Numbered from the stretch's first letter, positions 25,328-38,577 are shown. The stretch: DNA of 64,000 bases from Spizellomyces punctatus DAOM BR117 (GCA_000182565.2 KQ257455.1), one strand, 5' to 3'. Numbers and translations are program-made. The notes: a model not told the origin generated them from the letters alone.

Positions 25328-26348
25328 TCATTTGCTACCGACTTTCACACTTCCACCCTGCTGCTCCTGCACTTCATTGTGAATCCCGGTCGAATCCGAG
25401 TCTCCCCCAACAGAGGAGCGGGGAACCGTGGATACCGAACGAGGAGCAGGCCCGTAGGAGTATGTGGACGGAGTACCTGCAAGGGGAGTCGAGGGATGCT
25501 TGACTGCAAAGTTTTGAACGACGTCCTAATGATCGAGGTCAAACACGAGATCATCTGAGTCTGCGCACCGTCAGCCCCTACCTGCTCCACCTGACGTTTA
25601 AGATCTCTTTGCGATTCGGGCACTAGGCTCAGGTCTTCCGCGCTTTGGCGCCGAGCCCTGCCATGACGGCCAAGATCAAACATCACTCTATCAAAAACCA
25701 CTTTTTTATTCATAACTCGTTTCTCTTTTCATACCTCTCTTGCTCCATCTCTTCCACTGCGGTTTTCTGGGTCTGCCGACGTACTGCATCAGACATAGCA
25801 ACTGCCTTGGTTTCTTCCAGAATTCTCCTTTGCTGCTCTTCCTTTTCAAGCTGTGAATATCATGTCCAAATCCAAATGAGCCGGTCGTACATTCCTAGCG
25901 CTCTGTCGTCATTGCATACTCTGATAGCTTCCTGTGCTCCTTGCTTCCTCAGCATCTCCTCCTGAGTATGAATCAAACCTTCCTCAGCTATACGTCGTTT
26001 TCTTTCAGCCTCCATAGCTCGGTCAGCTTCTTTAGCTGCTATTTTGCGAAGCATATCCGTCTGTAAACAGCGAGAAGCGTCACTCAGGTGAGATGCAGAG
26101 CAAAAGTTTCCAGAGTTGCCTTTAATTACTTTGGTCTCGGAAGCAAGCAGTTCTGTCTCCGCCTTCTGTCTCTCTGCGTCCTCTTGCTGAGAAGCTTTGA
26201 TGATGTTTTCCTAGTTTTTATGGGGCAGTTATTTAGCCATTATCATTTCCTTTCAGTTGCGAGCTTCAACATTTTGACTTACTGTACGCAAACGCAATTC
26301 TTCGGGGTCCTCATCCTTCAGCTCGAGAGGTTGATTGGGAGCTGGCAT
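25328..26348 (-). CDS. Hypothetical charged coiled-coil protein, ~6 exons
   Basis: ATG 26348 MPAPNQPLELK..., consistent GT-AG splicing through E/R/Q-rich exons to TGA at 25328. Confidence 0.6.
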
Positions 26349-26523
26349 ATTTCGTTGGTTTAATGTGAGAAGAAGGATTTTCTATTTCAACGCCTCGAAA
26401 TACACGAGGAAAGTTGGGGGTTCCTGCGAGTTTATACCAAGGGAACTCGATTGCGTAAGCACAGTTGCTAGATGTTTGCGTAACGTTAAATGCACAAGCG
26501 GCATAACCATCTCGTCGCGACAA

Positions 26524-27466
26524 ATGACAGCTCGCCGCCACTCTATTGAGATACCACCGGAGCTCTCTTCGAGGGCGCCGTCCGTACCATCGCCCTCTAC
26601 TGATGTGACGACCTCTCAGGCCTATGCACCTTTCGATCACCAAATTGCTGGCCACGCTGGACAAATTTTCGGCCTTGCTGGCGGCCTGCTAGCCAAAGTA
26701 TGTCCTCAGAAGGAAGTGGACTTTTACAAAGCTGTTTTTGCTAGCGATAGGGAAGATCTGGTGGAGTTCAGAAAAAGCGTTCCTCAGTTTGCAGGATCTG
26801 GGGATTTGGCCGCAGATGCCAGTTTGAATGGCGAGGTTTGTGCCAGCGCTTTCTCTTCTATTTCTTTTTTTTTATGGGACATCGTTTTCTGAGCGCACAT
26901 CACAGGCTGTAGGCAACCCGACAGTTCATCTTGAAAACCTGTTAGCGCCCTATACTCACCCTTCTGTCGCCGATATCAAAATTGGAACAAGACTGTACGG
27001 AGACGAAGCAGATGAGGCCAAAAAGGCTCGGATGGAGGAACAAGCTAGGACTACGACGAGTGGGAAGACTGGATTGAGAATATGTGGAATGAAGGTGTAT
27101 GATCCATACACATCCAACTATTTAACGCACGACAGGAAATACGGTCGCTCTCTGAGTGCAGAGGAGATTCATTTGGGGATTCGGACGTTCTTCACGATAC
27201 CGTCAAGCGCAACCCTAGTTCCCACTGCGACCCTGACTGCTCTCAGGGAGAAGCTTACCATTTTATTGCATCGTTTGGAAACAGCTCGGGTCAGATTGTA
27301 TGGGGCATCTATCCTCTTGATTTACGAGGGCAGTGATGTTGATGCGCGCATCATTGACTTTGCTCATTCGCATGTCGAAAGTGAACAAGCTGGACCGGAC
27401 GAAGGGGCTGTATTTGGCGTCCGCAATCTGCTGCAAAGCATTGAAAAATTGTTGCAAATGGAATGA
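26524..27466 (+). CDS. Inositol polyphosphate kinase (IPK family, Ipk2/Arg82-like), 1 intron
   Basis: HQIAGH, E.DFY, LENL, PSVADIKIG (PxxxDxKxG), TTS...GLRICGM, ASILLIYEG, IIDFAH. Confidence 0.92.
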
Positions 27467-27651
27467 AGACTACCAAGTACACAAGGAAGTTTTAGATAGA
27501 GGGTGTATAAGAAGCATGGCCCATCGACTGTAGCTAGTGTGTACAAATTATGTATGTATGACGAGCCATCTTGCAAGCGAAAGGGAATGGGAGAGAACAC
27601 ATATGCTAGATCTGCCACAGCCCAGACTCTGCTGAATATATATCTTGGAAA

Positions 27652-28233
27652 TCATTTCCCTTTGAACCATCGCTCTGCATCGGAAATCGGTAAATCGTTG
27701 ATACTTGATCGCCGTTCTCTCATCAATCCGTCCTCGTTAAATGTCCAGTGTTCAAGACCATGTGCTCGGTACCACTTGGGGATTTGTTTATGAGAATTCA
27801 TCACCGCAGATTGATCACATTCGGATGTACAAACCTGTTTATTCTCGTCGTGGTATTCATACCAGAACTGAACTGCAATTTTATTATCCTGAAAGCAGAA
27901 CAACTCTTTCCGTAATTTGTATCCTTGTTCTTTGGCCCATTTTCTCTTTAGAAACTGAACGATTTCATCACGTCCTTTGAGGAACTCGGCCCGGTTGCGC
28001 CAACTGCAAGTTAAAACCATTAATATTTAGGACTGAACTAGACTACATCAGGTTACATACACTGAGTCAGGGGTATAGGCGAGGGCCACTAGATTGGGAT
28101 CCCTTGAATTCCACAAGTCTTCAGCAAGTTTCACTTTCGCTACCGCAGTCTCAGCTGTGAACGGTGGAACTAATTTTTTGGAAGCGGTCGAAAGGCACCT
28201 GTATGCCTTCAGCGTGGAACGTGCAAAGGCCAT
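27652..28233 (-). CDS. DUF1348 / SnoaL-like (NTF2 fold) protein, 2 introns, with N-terminal mitochondrial-like presequence
   Basis: [55 protein letters not shown]. Confidence 0.9.
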
Positions 28234-28811
28234 AGCGCAGATGATGAAGTAGTGTAGTAGAGGTTTGAAAGTATATAAATAGTAAGGGGACGAGAGCGAG
28301 CAAACACAGCAGCATGTGGGTCCTGCTGCTTACTAACGGGGTGCCCGATCACGCAACGGGATGACTCGACGTGTAATCATCTGCGAATCGCCAGCAAACG
28401 CACCCCTCCCCGCACCCTGCAAAAGGAGAACTGCCGGGCTCTATCTCCATGGTTCCAAATATAGAGTTCGTATCGACCTATTCACTGATCAAGCATAAGC
28501 AGAAACGTAGCAGCGCGAACTTAACGAGGTTTGATGGCATGGCTTACTGCCATAGTTGAAAGGGTTGCAACCACAAAAACCCTTAGATTAATCGTTTCAT
28601 TGAATTCAAACAGCTGCTATGCTTAAACGGTGGACACTTCGAGACGAGTTGTATGAACGAGATGGGATATTACCAGTATCCGGCTGATAAAGTGTGAAAT
28701 GAATTTGCACCTCGCGTCCGAATATTATGCTGACAAGCGATTTGCATAACAATCTGGCATGCTCAACCTTTTAATGTACATTCCTATTTTACATTCTATC
28801 TGGATACTATG

Positions 28812-29660
28812 CTACGGAGTAATCTCTCTCGACTTGTCCAGAAACATACGTCGCTTTTCGATGAATAGGTCATCTGCCCCAAGATTGCTCTCACCAGCTG
28901 CCTTTCCGCTTTTAAACTCCCGCAGTCTTTCTACACCAAATTGTTTTTGCAGCTCACCGCGAAGGGTCCCTTCCAACGCCTCTATTCGTTGTTTCGCCCG
29001 GCGGGTCATTGCCTCCTTCTCCAAGGATTTCGAAGAGCTCGCAGTGGGCTGTAATTCTGCAACTCTCGCATCGATGTTTTCATACGTGATGAAGTTGTTT
29101 GCAGAGTGGTAAAGGTACAAGAGAGATTCAAGCCGCTGTTCCGATTGGGTGCAGCGACTTTGGACAAAGTTCTCAAACCGCTTTTGTCGTCGAACTTGCT
29201 TAAACCGAGCGTAAAGGTCCCGCCGTGACTCAAAAAAGGGATCCTTGCCCTCATTGACGCTCTCCTTCTGTCCATCTTGACTCAACCCCTCCTTTACTGA
29301 AACGGGCTCTCCCTGCTCTGCATCTCCAACTTCACTAAAGCTCTTCAGACGCTCGGCCTTGAACTGACGAATCTTATCAGACAATTCCCTTCTGCGTGCC
29401 TCCTCTTGCTCCTTCTGGCGTGCCGCAATTGCCTCTTGCCTCTTCAGTGCCTCTTTGGACTCTGCAAAATATTGTTTCCGCTTTTGTGTCATTTGCTCCC
29501 GGAAAGCTGTCCGGGGATGTTTGAGACGGACTTTAGCCCCTTGAGAAAGATCGGGTGTGGGGGAGGTGGAGGCGGATGAGTAGCGTACGTGAGTCAGGTT
29601 ATGTCGCATATTCCGACATGTTGATGCGACCACTCGGTGTGCTGAAGAAAGTGTGTTCAT
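28812..29660 (-). CDS. Mitochondrial protein, probable small-subunit ribosomal protein mS26-like, intronless
   Basis: Arg/Ser-rich presequence, long charged helix, NNFITYENIDARV resembling the mS26 FIT.ENL...(V/I) motif. Confidence 0.55.
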   Translation of the reverse strand: MNTLSSAHRVVASTCRNMRHNLTHVRYSSASTSPTPDLSQGAKVRLKHPRTAFREQMTQKRKQYFAESKEALKRQEAIAARQKEQEEARRRELSDKIRQFKAERLKSFSEVGDAEQGEPVSVKEGLSQDGQKESVNEGKDPFFESRRDLYARFKQVRRQKRFENFVQSRCTQSEQRLESLLYLYHSANNFITYENIDARVAELQPTASSSKSLEKEAMTRRAKQRIEALEGTLRGELQKQFGVERLREFKSGKAAGESNLGADDLFIEKRRMFLDKSREITP

Positions 29661-29828
29661 CGCTGCAAAGATCTTACGAACGTCCCCCAACCCCAAGCAT
29701 GCGTACGGCAAAGAAACCGCGGACCTTGGTGTCCCTGGAAACAATTTGTGATCACATGACTCTACACTTGTCATCCAGCGATCGGACAGCTGGAAGCTTG
29801 GGAGCAGATATTGCGATGAATAGCTGTC

Positions 29829-32065
29829 ATGGCAGATGCCGAGACCTCTGCACGTACAGAAGAGGTACGACAAAAATTGCGAGGAAAACGCTATCGGTTG
29901 TCACTGGCGATCTCACTTCGAAAGTGATGCTCCTCTCCTAAGGAAAGACAGGAGCTGGACCTGTGGGAGTACTTGGAGGTGTTTCCCGAAGACAACAAGT
30001 ATGGAATATGGCCTATTTTCTTTTCTGCTGAATGATCAAAGTTCTTACTCAGTATACTCTTCAAGGGATGTCACTGCTCTGGGGCTTCCACCAACCGCCC
30101 GCTATCCGGATATTGAAGGATATCGGGCAACTCGCGAGTTGCAGCTCAACTACATTCTGTCAAAGCAGCTCAACGAGGTGGAGCACTTACGGAAAATGGC
30201 TTTACGAACCTTTGATGACGACTACTGCACCTCACTTCATTCGAGCCGGGAGATTGACCGTTTGAATTTGTGCCCTCCACTGTTTCAAATGTTAACGCGG
30301 AAAGAACTAGAAGAATCTCAAGGGGAAAGTCCGGGTGAAGATGGAAATTATCCCTTCCAATCCTCCTTGATGGATTTGAAACGCTGGGTGGAGAAAGAAG
30401 CCAGTGGTGGGGAGAGCGAGAGCCGGACACGACCTGGGATATCAGCACATATGCTGAATGTATGTGGGATTTTAACCATTTGGCAAATAGGCCTACGGCA
30501 TGTGTTCGAAGATTTACCCCTATCCTTGTTCTATAGGTGTTATATGAAAAACAATATGAGCTGATGCGAATGAAGCAGTCTCGGACACTCGACGAAATGT
30601 TTGAACGGCAATGGCGAGACGGTCGCAATATCATGATGCAGCAGAACTTGAAAGCCGATCGCACCTGGAATTACGTTGCGTGGGAAGGGCCGCTTGAAGA
30701 AGAGAAGCAAGAAATTAATCGAAAATGGGCCCAGTCCATTGCTGACGTTCAGCTACTTGGGCGAATCGAGGGCACGCTGGATATGTACGTGTGCCCTACC
30801 TGAAGTTTTATGTTAACGAAGTCCTAATTGTTATATGACGCCTGTTAAGACCAGTAAAGCGCATCTATATTTCAAAAACGATCCCGTTTGATCCAAGAGA
30901 CACGCGGAACACGGACTTTCTAAAGCGATGGTGTCACGAACCTTGGCCGAAATACATTGTGCGTGTGGCCAAACCGGATAAAGACCAATATGAAAGATTC
31001 TATAATCTGATGGCCTTTAGTCGTGGTCAACGGAAGGTAGACACACCATGAGCGTACGGTTGAATACACACACTGACCATTCTCTTCATTCAGGCTCACG
31101 TTGCGGATCTAGACGATGTACCCCCAGGTCAAAAAAGCGCCCGGCAGATGATCATGGTGCCTTTGCACTTCGTGCGACGTCCGTTAAAATATCACCCCAA
31201 TTTATCAAAGATTCTCGATTCGTCAAGTTACACATTTTTGGGCATCTTGTATACCCGACAAGGTGTGCCTCAAGGAGACCAGGTCTTGGATTGCTGGGGC
31301 TTTGATCAGTACGCGACAACTCCACTTAACAAGTCTGATGGGAAAGTTCCCTGGGAGGCTAGCTCGGATTCGGCCCGTTTTGGCGTACTCGAGTCCGTAC
31401 TACCTCACCCACCTGGACAGCCATTACTGGCCATTAATACCCATGGATCACAAAGCGCTATATTACCTCCGCCTGCTTTGGGGGCCTCGTCCGGCTTGCC
31501 GAACACACCCATTGGCGTCACTCATTTGACGACAACCCTTCCTTTTGTTGCGACTTCCTACGCGACACCATTGCAAATGGCTTCAAGGGACGTACCGGAG
31601 CTCGTGGCACCCAAAGGATTGACCTCTATAGTAGCGGCACAGCAAAGCCTTCAACAACAGGCCACACGACTGGAAAGCGACATTACTGCACTAGAAGCAA
31701 TAATGAGATTTGCAACAGGTCCAGCAGATTCTGAAAGTCAGAATAAAATGAAAGCAAGTTTTGCGACCAAACAGAAGGAATTGGAGAGTGTACGTGAGGC
31801 GCTGCAAAACATCGAAAATGGACACGGGGCTACGTCAAAGTTCCCACCGGCCATATCAACCGCAAGTGAGAATCCGCAGCTACCTCAAGCAATGAAAGGA
31901 ACAGCAGGACCGCTATCTCCAGCAACGGCACCTAACATGAACAGTATAGCGTCCACGTTGTTGGACCATCTCAGGAGGACCGGAGTGCTGCAACCTCGTG
32001 ATCCCCGATTACAAGCACAGCCTGCACCACCGTCCGGGGGGACGCACGAGGGACACCCATCCTGA
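29829..32065 (+). CDS. Hypothetical multi-exon protein with probable SPOC-like domain and Pro/Gln-rich tail
   Basis: Spliceable exons MADAETSARTEE/ELDLWEYL.../...VAWEGPLE...FYNLMAF...MIMVP...FLGILY. Confidence 0.6.
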
Positions 32066-32280
32066 TTTTTTTCTTCTCAGCGGTATTATAAATTAGCATA
32101 TTTGTGTATATTTCTTGTATAAATGTGTAATATCAGACCACTCGACGTGCAATGAGAGCCTAAGTCACGGGGATCCTTGTCTGCACGTGACGTGCAGCGA
32201 AAATGGGTGTATTTCAACTGCATACCAGTCGTTTTGAGAAGATCCTCCCTTTTCTGGTCGCCTGTCCATATATATCAACC

Positions 32281-33311
32281 ATGGTGAGTATCATCGTCAC
32301 GCATCCATCCATCCATCCATCCGTTCCGCCATCCACGTCGTATGGGTACTTGGTTGCATTTGAAGAAGGGGGAGAGGGATCCTGTGGAGCAATTGTAGTT
32401 GGAAGGCCATGTTGGCACATTGGAGTAGTTTTTTGGCATGATGGGGATTATCGTGAGACGGCGTACGAATGTATACGAATGAGGAGAAACTGGACGAAAT
32501 GCGGGGCGGGTTGTATATGGCGATTCGCTCGCCCTTGAGCAGTTTGCTCGATCACGCTGGAATATGGACGCAGGCGATGTGGGGCTCCCGGCAAAGGCAA
32601 AGATGAAAGTCCAAGGCGGCAGAGCGATAGCTTGTAAAAGATGCTTTGGGGGAGACGGCTCGAGGACCGATGCTCAACAATATCAACTTGACGCTAATCT
32701 CTCTTGTGGTTGATTGTAGGCTGACGAATTCGACCAAGAGTCTGCTGCCGAGTTGAAGAAGAAGAGAACCTTCCGGAAGTTCACCTTCCGTGGAGTGGAC
32801 CTCGACCAGCTTCTTGACTTGAGCTCCGAGCAGGTGTGCACGTCTCCGCTTTCGCCATTTCTGGGATTGCCAATTTACCATGTTCCACGTCGCAGCTTAT
32901 GGAGCTTGTTCACGCCCGTGCTCGCCGTAGGTTCCAGCGCGGTTTGAAGAGGAAGCCAATGGGTCTCATCAAGAAGTTGCGCAAGGCCAAGAAGGAGGCT
33001 ACTCCTGGTGAGAAGCCAGAGGTGGTCAAGACCCACTTGCGTGACATGATCATTGTCCCCGAGATGATTGGCTCCGTCGTTGGTGTGTACAACGGAAAGA
33101 CCTTCAACCAGGTTGAGATCAAGCCTGAGATGATTGGTCACTACCTTGGCGAATTCTCCATCACCTACAAGCCTGTCAAGCACGGTCGTCCCGGTATCGG
33201 TGCCACCCACAGTTCCCGGTACGTATTCGCAGACGTTAACAACGATTGCCGTATTTGGTTCCCTTGCTCATCAAAAGGTATCAATTTTACAGATTCATTC
33301 CTCTTAAATAA
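32281..33311 (+). CDS. RPS15: 40S ribosomal protein S15 (uS19); ATG-only first coding exon, 3 introns
   Basis: [63 protein letters not shown]. Confidence 0.98.
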
Positions 33312-33530
33312 GGGCAGATGTGGCGTTTCATTGTACATGTTTATATGTGGTGATGGGAATATAAACGGATGCATAGGCAGTGCGCAGTGCAATACTTCTT
33401 TGAGTGACAGGGCTAAATGTCATTACCAATTCGATTTCTATTCATTGGAATGATCACAGGCGGGTCAATTAGACAACAATTAATGCATTAAATTCGTTTG
33501 TCCGGCCCCAAAGCAACTACGAAATAACAT

Positions 33531-34716
33531 CTAAGTCTTGCGGAGCGGTCGTAACAGAGCCAGCGCCTGTTCCAAGTTGTCAATCGCAGTGGGTATATCA
33601 TCGTATTGCAACGCGCTGATGGCAAAACGGGAGTGCTTTTGTGCAGCCTGTACTGTTTTGTAGTTGACTTCGAACGATCCCTTCGGCGCGAGAGATGACG
33701 GGCTAGCCGGTGCAGGAGACGGTGAGTGGTGTCCAGAACCGGCCGATGGCGCCGACGGGTGAACGTAAGGCCTGGTCTCAGAACCGGTAAAAGGGGTTTG
33801 ATGTGACGGGCAGTGTGAAGATGGTGATGCATAACTGGCCTCCCCGGAGTGCGAAACATTTGCATCAAAAGTAGGTTGCGTTGGAGTATATGATGGATCA
33901 TAAGGCGTGCCAAAATTCGGATGAGGTTCCGGCGGAGCGGTCGGTTGTGCGGATTCTGGGGGTTGCTCTCCTGGCATTCCTGGGGTTGGTGTGCGGCCTT
34001 CTCGTAATGCTTTGATGATGTCTGCAGCTTTGAATTTGGCATACCGGATTTTGTCTTGCACCTTTCGCGGAGCCGGTATGTCAGTTGAAAGTCCTTGGCG
34101 AACTCAAGGACAAGTTCATACCTCCGTATCAATTTCTCCAAATACTTTGAGAAGCTCTAGAAAAATTGAAGACGCCAAGAAGGTCTTTGCAGTCTTCCTA
34201 ATTGTAGGCATCCACATTAACACAAAAAGCCGCCTACTGACTATTGCAACATTTTCTTACTTGGACGCTCTCCCTTGACGATCTTCATTGTCAGCGTTCG
34301 TAAAAATACGTAACGCAAAATTCTCAATGTGAGCGTAACCAACAACATCGTTTGTAACAGCCTCGTTTCCGCTGATATTCTTCCGATCCTGTAGCAAAAG
34401 TCCCATGAGTAAATGGAGATTTGAAAAAGCGTCTAAGGATGCGCACTTGTTCCAGTTCATCCATGAGCCCAAGGAGGAACAGCTGAGCCTCCTTTGACTT
34501 GCCCCCTTTATCTATGGCGAGTTTCGCTGCATAGTATTTGCCTGCAACAAGCAAGATGAGTCTCACATGTTCGGTTGGCTGTTATTCAAATGATTCGCTG
34601 AAGAATATGGTGCACCTACAATAATACGCGACTATGGGTTCCTTCGTTTGAAGCTCTTGTGCTCTTTGCAGGTATGCATTTACAAACTTGAGCTCGTCTG
34701 GTGGGTTGCCGGGCAT
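33531..34716 (-). CDS. VTA1: ESCRT factor Vta1 (MIT domains + VSL), multi-exon
   Basis: YLQRAQEL...EPIVAYYC, FALRIF..AD, KIRYAKFKAADI.KAL.EG, AQKHSRFAISALQYDD. Confidence 0.94.
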
Positions 34717-34870
34717 TGCGGAAGATGTGAAAGCGAATTGGTCGTTTGGTTATCCCCAGCGCGCATATCCCAGAGTCATGAGTCATGTGATGCTGCTGAC
34801 ACACCCAAAGTGTAACTTGTTGCAACTCTACCCTTTCGAATCGCGACTGACTGTATACAGTTTGCGCCGT

Positions 34871-35770
34871 ATGATATTGCCCCACCGAGTTTTGTGTTGC
34901 AGACTGTCCCCAGCTTCTATCTGCTCTAACTTTTCTAGAACCATGGCTACTTCCTCATCGCGGACCCTGCGCATAGGAAGCTTCACTGTACCGCTTACAG
35001 TTAAGGAGAACTCTGGGATCGACCTCGATGAGGTAGAACAATTCCCGGCTTTCAAGGACTGGGTTGCAGCTTTTGGGAAGGAGATGAAAGAGTCTCCTGT
35101 GGCCTCCCGTGTTGCTGTCGAAAAAGTTGTGATAACCGATATAGATTACTTTAAAAGTGGGAAAGTAGGGTTCGTCAAATTTCGCACAGATGTTAAATGG
35201 AGCGACGCAGGGGATGGACGTATACCTGGCATTGTGTTCTCGAGAGGTGGTGCGGTTGCGATTCTAGTAATCATTAAAGCGAGCAACCCCAGAACTGCAG
35301 ATGATGAGGAAGAGCGAGTGGTCTTGACCGTGCAACCGCGTATCCCCATCGCTTCATTAGCTTTTTCAGAAATACCAGCGGGGATGTTGGATGGTGAGCG
35401 CAAATTTGCGGGAGCTGCTGCTCGAGAATTGGAGGAAGAATGCGGAATTCAAATAAGAGAGGATGAGCTTACAGATTTGACAGATCTGACCTTTGGAATG
35501 GGGACCGACCTGAGGAATGTCGGAGTCTACCCAAGTCCAGGTGGATCTGACGAGTTCATCAAATTGCTTTTGTGCAGAAAACAGCTGCCTATTGAGGACA
35601 TCAGGCGACTGGAAGGAAGAAAAGGTGGTCTGAGAGAGGAAGGCGAGAGAATTGACGTAAAATTGGTCAAGCTAAAGGATCTCTGGCGGAGCACTCGAGA
35701 CATGAAAGCCTTATCGGCTCTTACTTTATACGACCGTTGCCTTACAGCTGGATTAATCTCCAAGATATGA
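34871..35770 (+). CDS. Nudix hydrolase (ADP-sugar pyrophosphatase-like), intronless; alternative start at 34943
   Basis: PGIVFSRGGAV, QPRIP, Nudix box EIPAGMLD......AARELEEECG, YPSPGGSDE, DMKALSA. Confidence 0.92.
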   Translation: MILPHRVLCCRLSPASICSNFSRTMATSSSRTLRIGSFTVPLTVKENSGIDLDEVEQFPAFKDWVAAFGKEMKESPVASRVAVEKVVITDIDYFKSGKVGFVKFRTDVKWSDAGDGRIPGIVFSRGGAVAILVIIKASNPRTADDEEERVVLTVQPRIPIASLAFSEIPAGMLDGERKFAGAAARELEEECGIQIREDELTDLTDLTFGMGTDLRNVGVYPSPGGSDEFIKLLLCRKQLPIEDIRRLEGRKGGLREEGERIDVKLVKLKDLWRSTRDMKALSALTLYDRCLTAGLISKI

Positions 35771-35890
35771 CGCTACTTAGATCAAACGTACTTTATTGAA
35801 TCTGTGTCCAACCACTATTGTTTGTACATTTATGGTCTGCATGTTTCGCATACAAGAGGAAATTCCACCCGGCCAATAATTTAAGTGCGC

Positions 35891-37322
35891 TTAACTAATA
35901 CTTTTCTTTAGCTTGTCATGCGTCTCTCGTAGCTCAGAAGCATATCGGATGGCCCATGTAAGCTCGTACGATTTGGCGGCATCATTCCAGCTAGACAGGA
36001 TATCACCAGTACGCCCTGTTCCCTCTCCAATTTCATTTTCAACGACATCCCTCTGACGTGCGGAGTCTATAAGCGCTGACATTTGTGTGAGGTATGGATC
36101 GTCCTGGGCATAATCGAATACTTCTGCCTCCTCACTAAACGGCGATCGAACATACAATTTTGGCTCACAGTACGGATTCACCATTCGGAACAGCCAGCCA
36201 TCAGCATGAACTTCCAATTCTGCAGAATACTTTGTGCCGTGGAGGTTGATGCCATGGGTAATCGTCCCAATTGCTCCATTTTCATATTTCCATACAGCCG
36301 AGGCGATCCGAGGTATACGATCGTCTTCGGGTATCAGATTTTCATTTATCGGGATCTTGGAAAGCTTTCCAGGCTTCTCCCAATGCTCAACTGCGTGAGC
36401 ATATACTGACTCGATATTCACATCCCCTCCAAAATATCTGCTGAGATCACAGATATGTGTTCCTTGCTCTACAATGGGCGTACATGAGATAGATTTCTTC
36501 CACCAGTGATCTTTTTCGATAGATGTGTAGCAAGAGTTGTATCGAGCAACTGTGGCCATTACGGTGAGATTATGCTGGGAAATAAGATCTTTCATCTTCT
36601 GCACAACTAGTACGAAAAGAAAAATAGATTGGTGATTGAACGCGAGTATACAACAGTAAATTATTCACCTTTAAGATATCTCATGAAATATCCGACGCTG
36701 ACCAGGGATTTCCGACTTGCTAAATCATGGCCAACCTCTTTGACTTCGTGCACGTGGGCGCTAGATATAGGCTTTTCGATAAACAAAGCAGCATGTGGTA
36801 ATGCTCTCGATAATCTTATTTCCAAGTCAGAACCAGGTTTAGTTGTTCCATGGAATGCAGGTGGTACTCCAATGATGACTACATCGGGTTTGTTGTCTTC
36901 CGATAAGGATGCAAGGAAATTTTCAATGTTGTTATACTCCTTTGTTCCCTCGTAGGCGGAGGAGAATTCTGAGCGAGCCTTTTCCTTCAGGACATGTTGA
37001 CGGTGCTCTGAGGATGGATCAACGAGAGCCGTGACTTTCAAATTATTTCCTAATCTCCTTTGGACGCGAACATTAGATCAGGACCAAACATTTTCTAATA
37101 TGCTCAAGACGAGTTCATTACTGACTTTTCCAAGCGAGCAGAATGATTCCACGGGCCCTCGGGTGAGCCGAAATTTATTCCTCCCGCCCCAAAGAACGCA
37201 ACCTTTGTCGGAGTATCAAGAACACCTCTAGTCGCATATTGTCGTCGATTCAGCGCCTTTGCTTCTGGGACAAACTGCCGCGCGGCCTTGTGAAGTTTTG
37301 AGAGTTGAACAAAAAACGACAT
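35891..37322 (-). CDS. Gfo/Idh/MocA-family NAD-binding oxidoreductase, 2 introns
   Basis: FFGAGGINFGSPEGPWNHS, IGVPPAFHG, FIEKP, VGYFMRYL, IVEQGTHICDL. Confidence 0.9.
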
Positions 37323-37815
37323 TGCATGCAAGCTACAGCTTCTAGCGGGGGAAAGCTGGCCATCCTCAAGAAATATGAAGGATTCAACTGAAACTTGACG
37401 TAAAACAAGTTAACTGAGCTAATCCACCCAATTTATTCACGTGATTAGTACAGTGGATCCATCCCTGGATCATTCCATTGCGTCAAGAACTCCACCCAAC
37501 TTGAACTGCCGCGGCGCCTCCCTTCCATTTCGACCAGGGATTACATTGTTGTTTTTTCCAAACGGGCCTTTCATCCGCGCGTGTGAAGCCACTAGACTCA
37601 CAAACGGCTGTCTCTCGAGGCGCGGCAATCTTACGGTTTCAATTTGGTTGTGTGCTGTTACATAAACTTTGCGTAAGTACGACTGTGAACTGGGTGTACA
37701 TCTGAAAGCAAACAGAGATGGCAGGAGGGTATGCAAAAGGGTCACGTTGTTTATTGAAATGCTGTCCTTTCAGTCCACCTTTCCCGGCCTGTACGCGCAA
37801 ACATAGGGATATAAC

Positions 37816-38577
37816 ATGCCAGTACGTTTACAATTCACTTGATGGGAATATGAACCGCGCTGCGACTTTGAGTCGCGCCAGCGGTATCAGTTTATTAAAC
37901 TAGTTTATGGGTCGCGTTCAGGCGTATCACTCATCGTTCAACGATGGTGGATTCCGTGCCATCGGTAACATGGCGCTTCTGCCCATTAAAACAAAGATTC
38001 GAGGCCCAGCACCACCAGCAGGTGCGTCGCACGCGCTCTGTTCCGCAATGCTCAACGCGCTCACCTTTTTCCAATCGGGCAGCCGACCCGCAACAGGACG
38101 ATATCATTGATGAGGCGATCGCACTTTTCCGCGCCAATTGCTTCTTTAGAAACTTTGAAATAAAAGGCACTGCCGATCGTGTCCTTATTTACCTGCTCCT
38201 GTTCATTCAAGAATCGCTGGGAAAGCTGTCCAAGAACCCCTCGCAATTGGAAGGACAAAGAACTCTGCAAACACATGCACTTCAAAACTTTGCTATACCT
38301 GGCGAGGCGGGCTTTCCTTTGAATGCAATGTACGAAAAACCTGCAAACCGAAATGATGCTGGTGAGTTGATGAGCTACACACAGCGTTGCCGAATGTTAA
38401 GAATTGACCGCTGGGTTAAAATCAGACACGCTAAGACAATATTTGAGCCAACTGCGCCAAGAGTGCGCGACCCGCCTGGTGGTAAAGGTATATGATGGGG
38501 ATCGGCCAAGCAAATGGTGGATGTGTTTCTCAAAGAGGAAGTTTATGGGCTTGCCTAACGTTGGTACCGCTGCTTGA
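37816..38577 (+). CDS. ARPC3: Arp2/3 complex 21-kDa subunit, multi-exon
   Basis: MP/AYHS, GNMALLP, DIIDEAI.LFRANCFFRNFEIKG.ADRVLIY, PSKWWMCFSKRKFM. Confidence 0.97.

Noticed and set aside
32284..32719. Intronic snoRNA in the long first RPS15 intron
   Set aside because: No convincing C/D (RTGATGA...CTGA) or H/ACA arrangement seen; only a short (CATC)n microsatellite. A covariance search could still be run.
33488..34141. 217-aa alternative-frame ORF and other antisense or shadow ORFs over real genes
   Set aside because: They overlap well-supported genes (here VTA1) and have no motif support.
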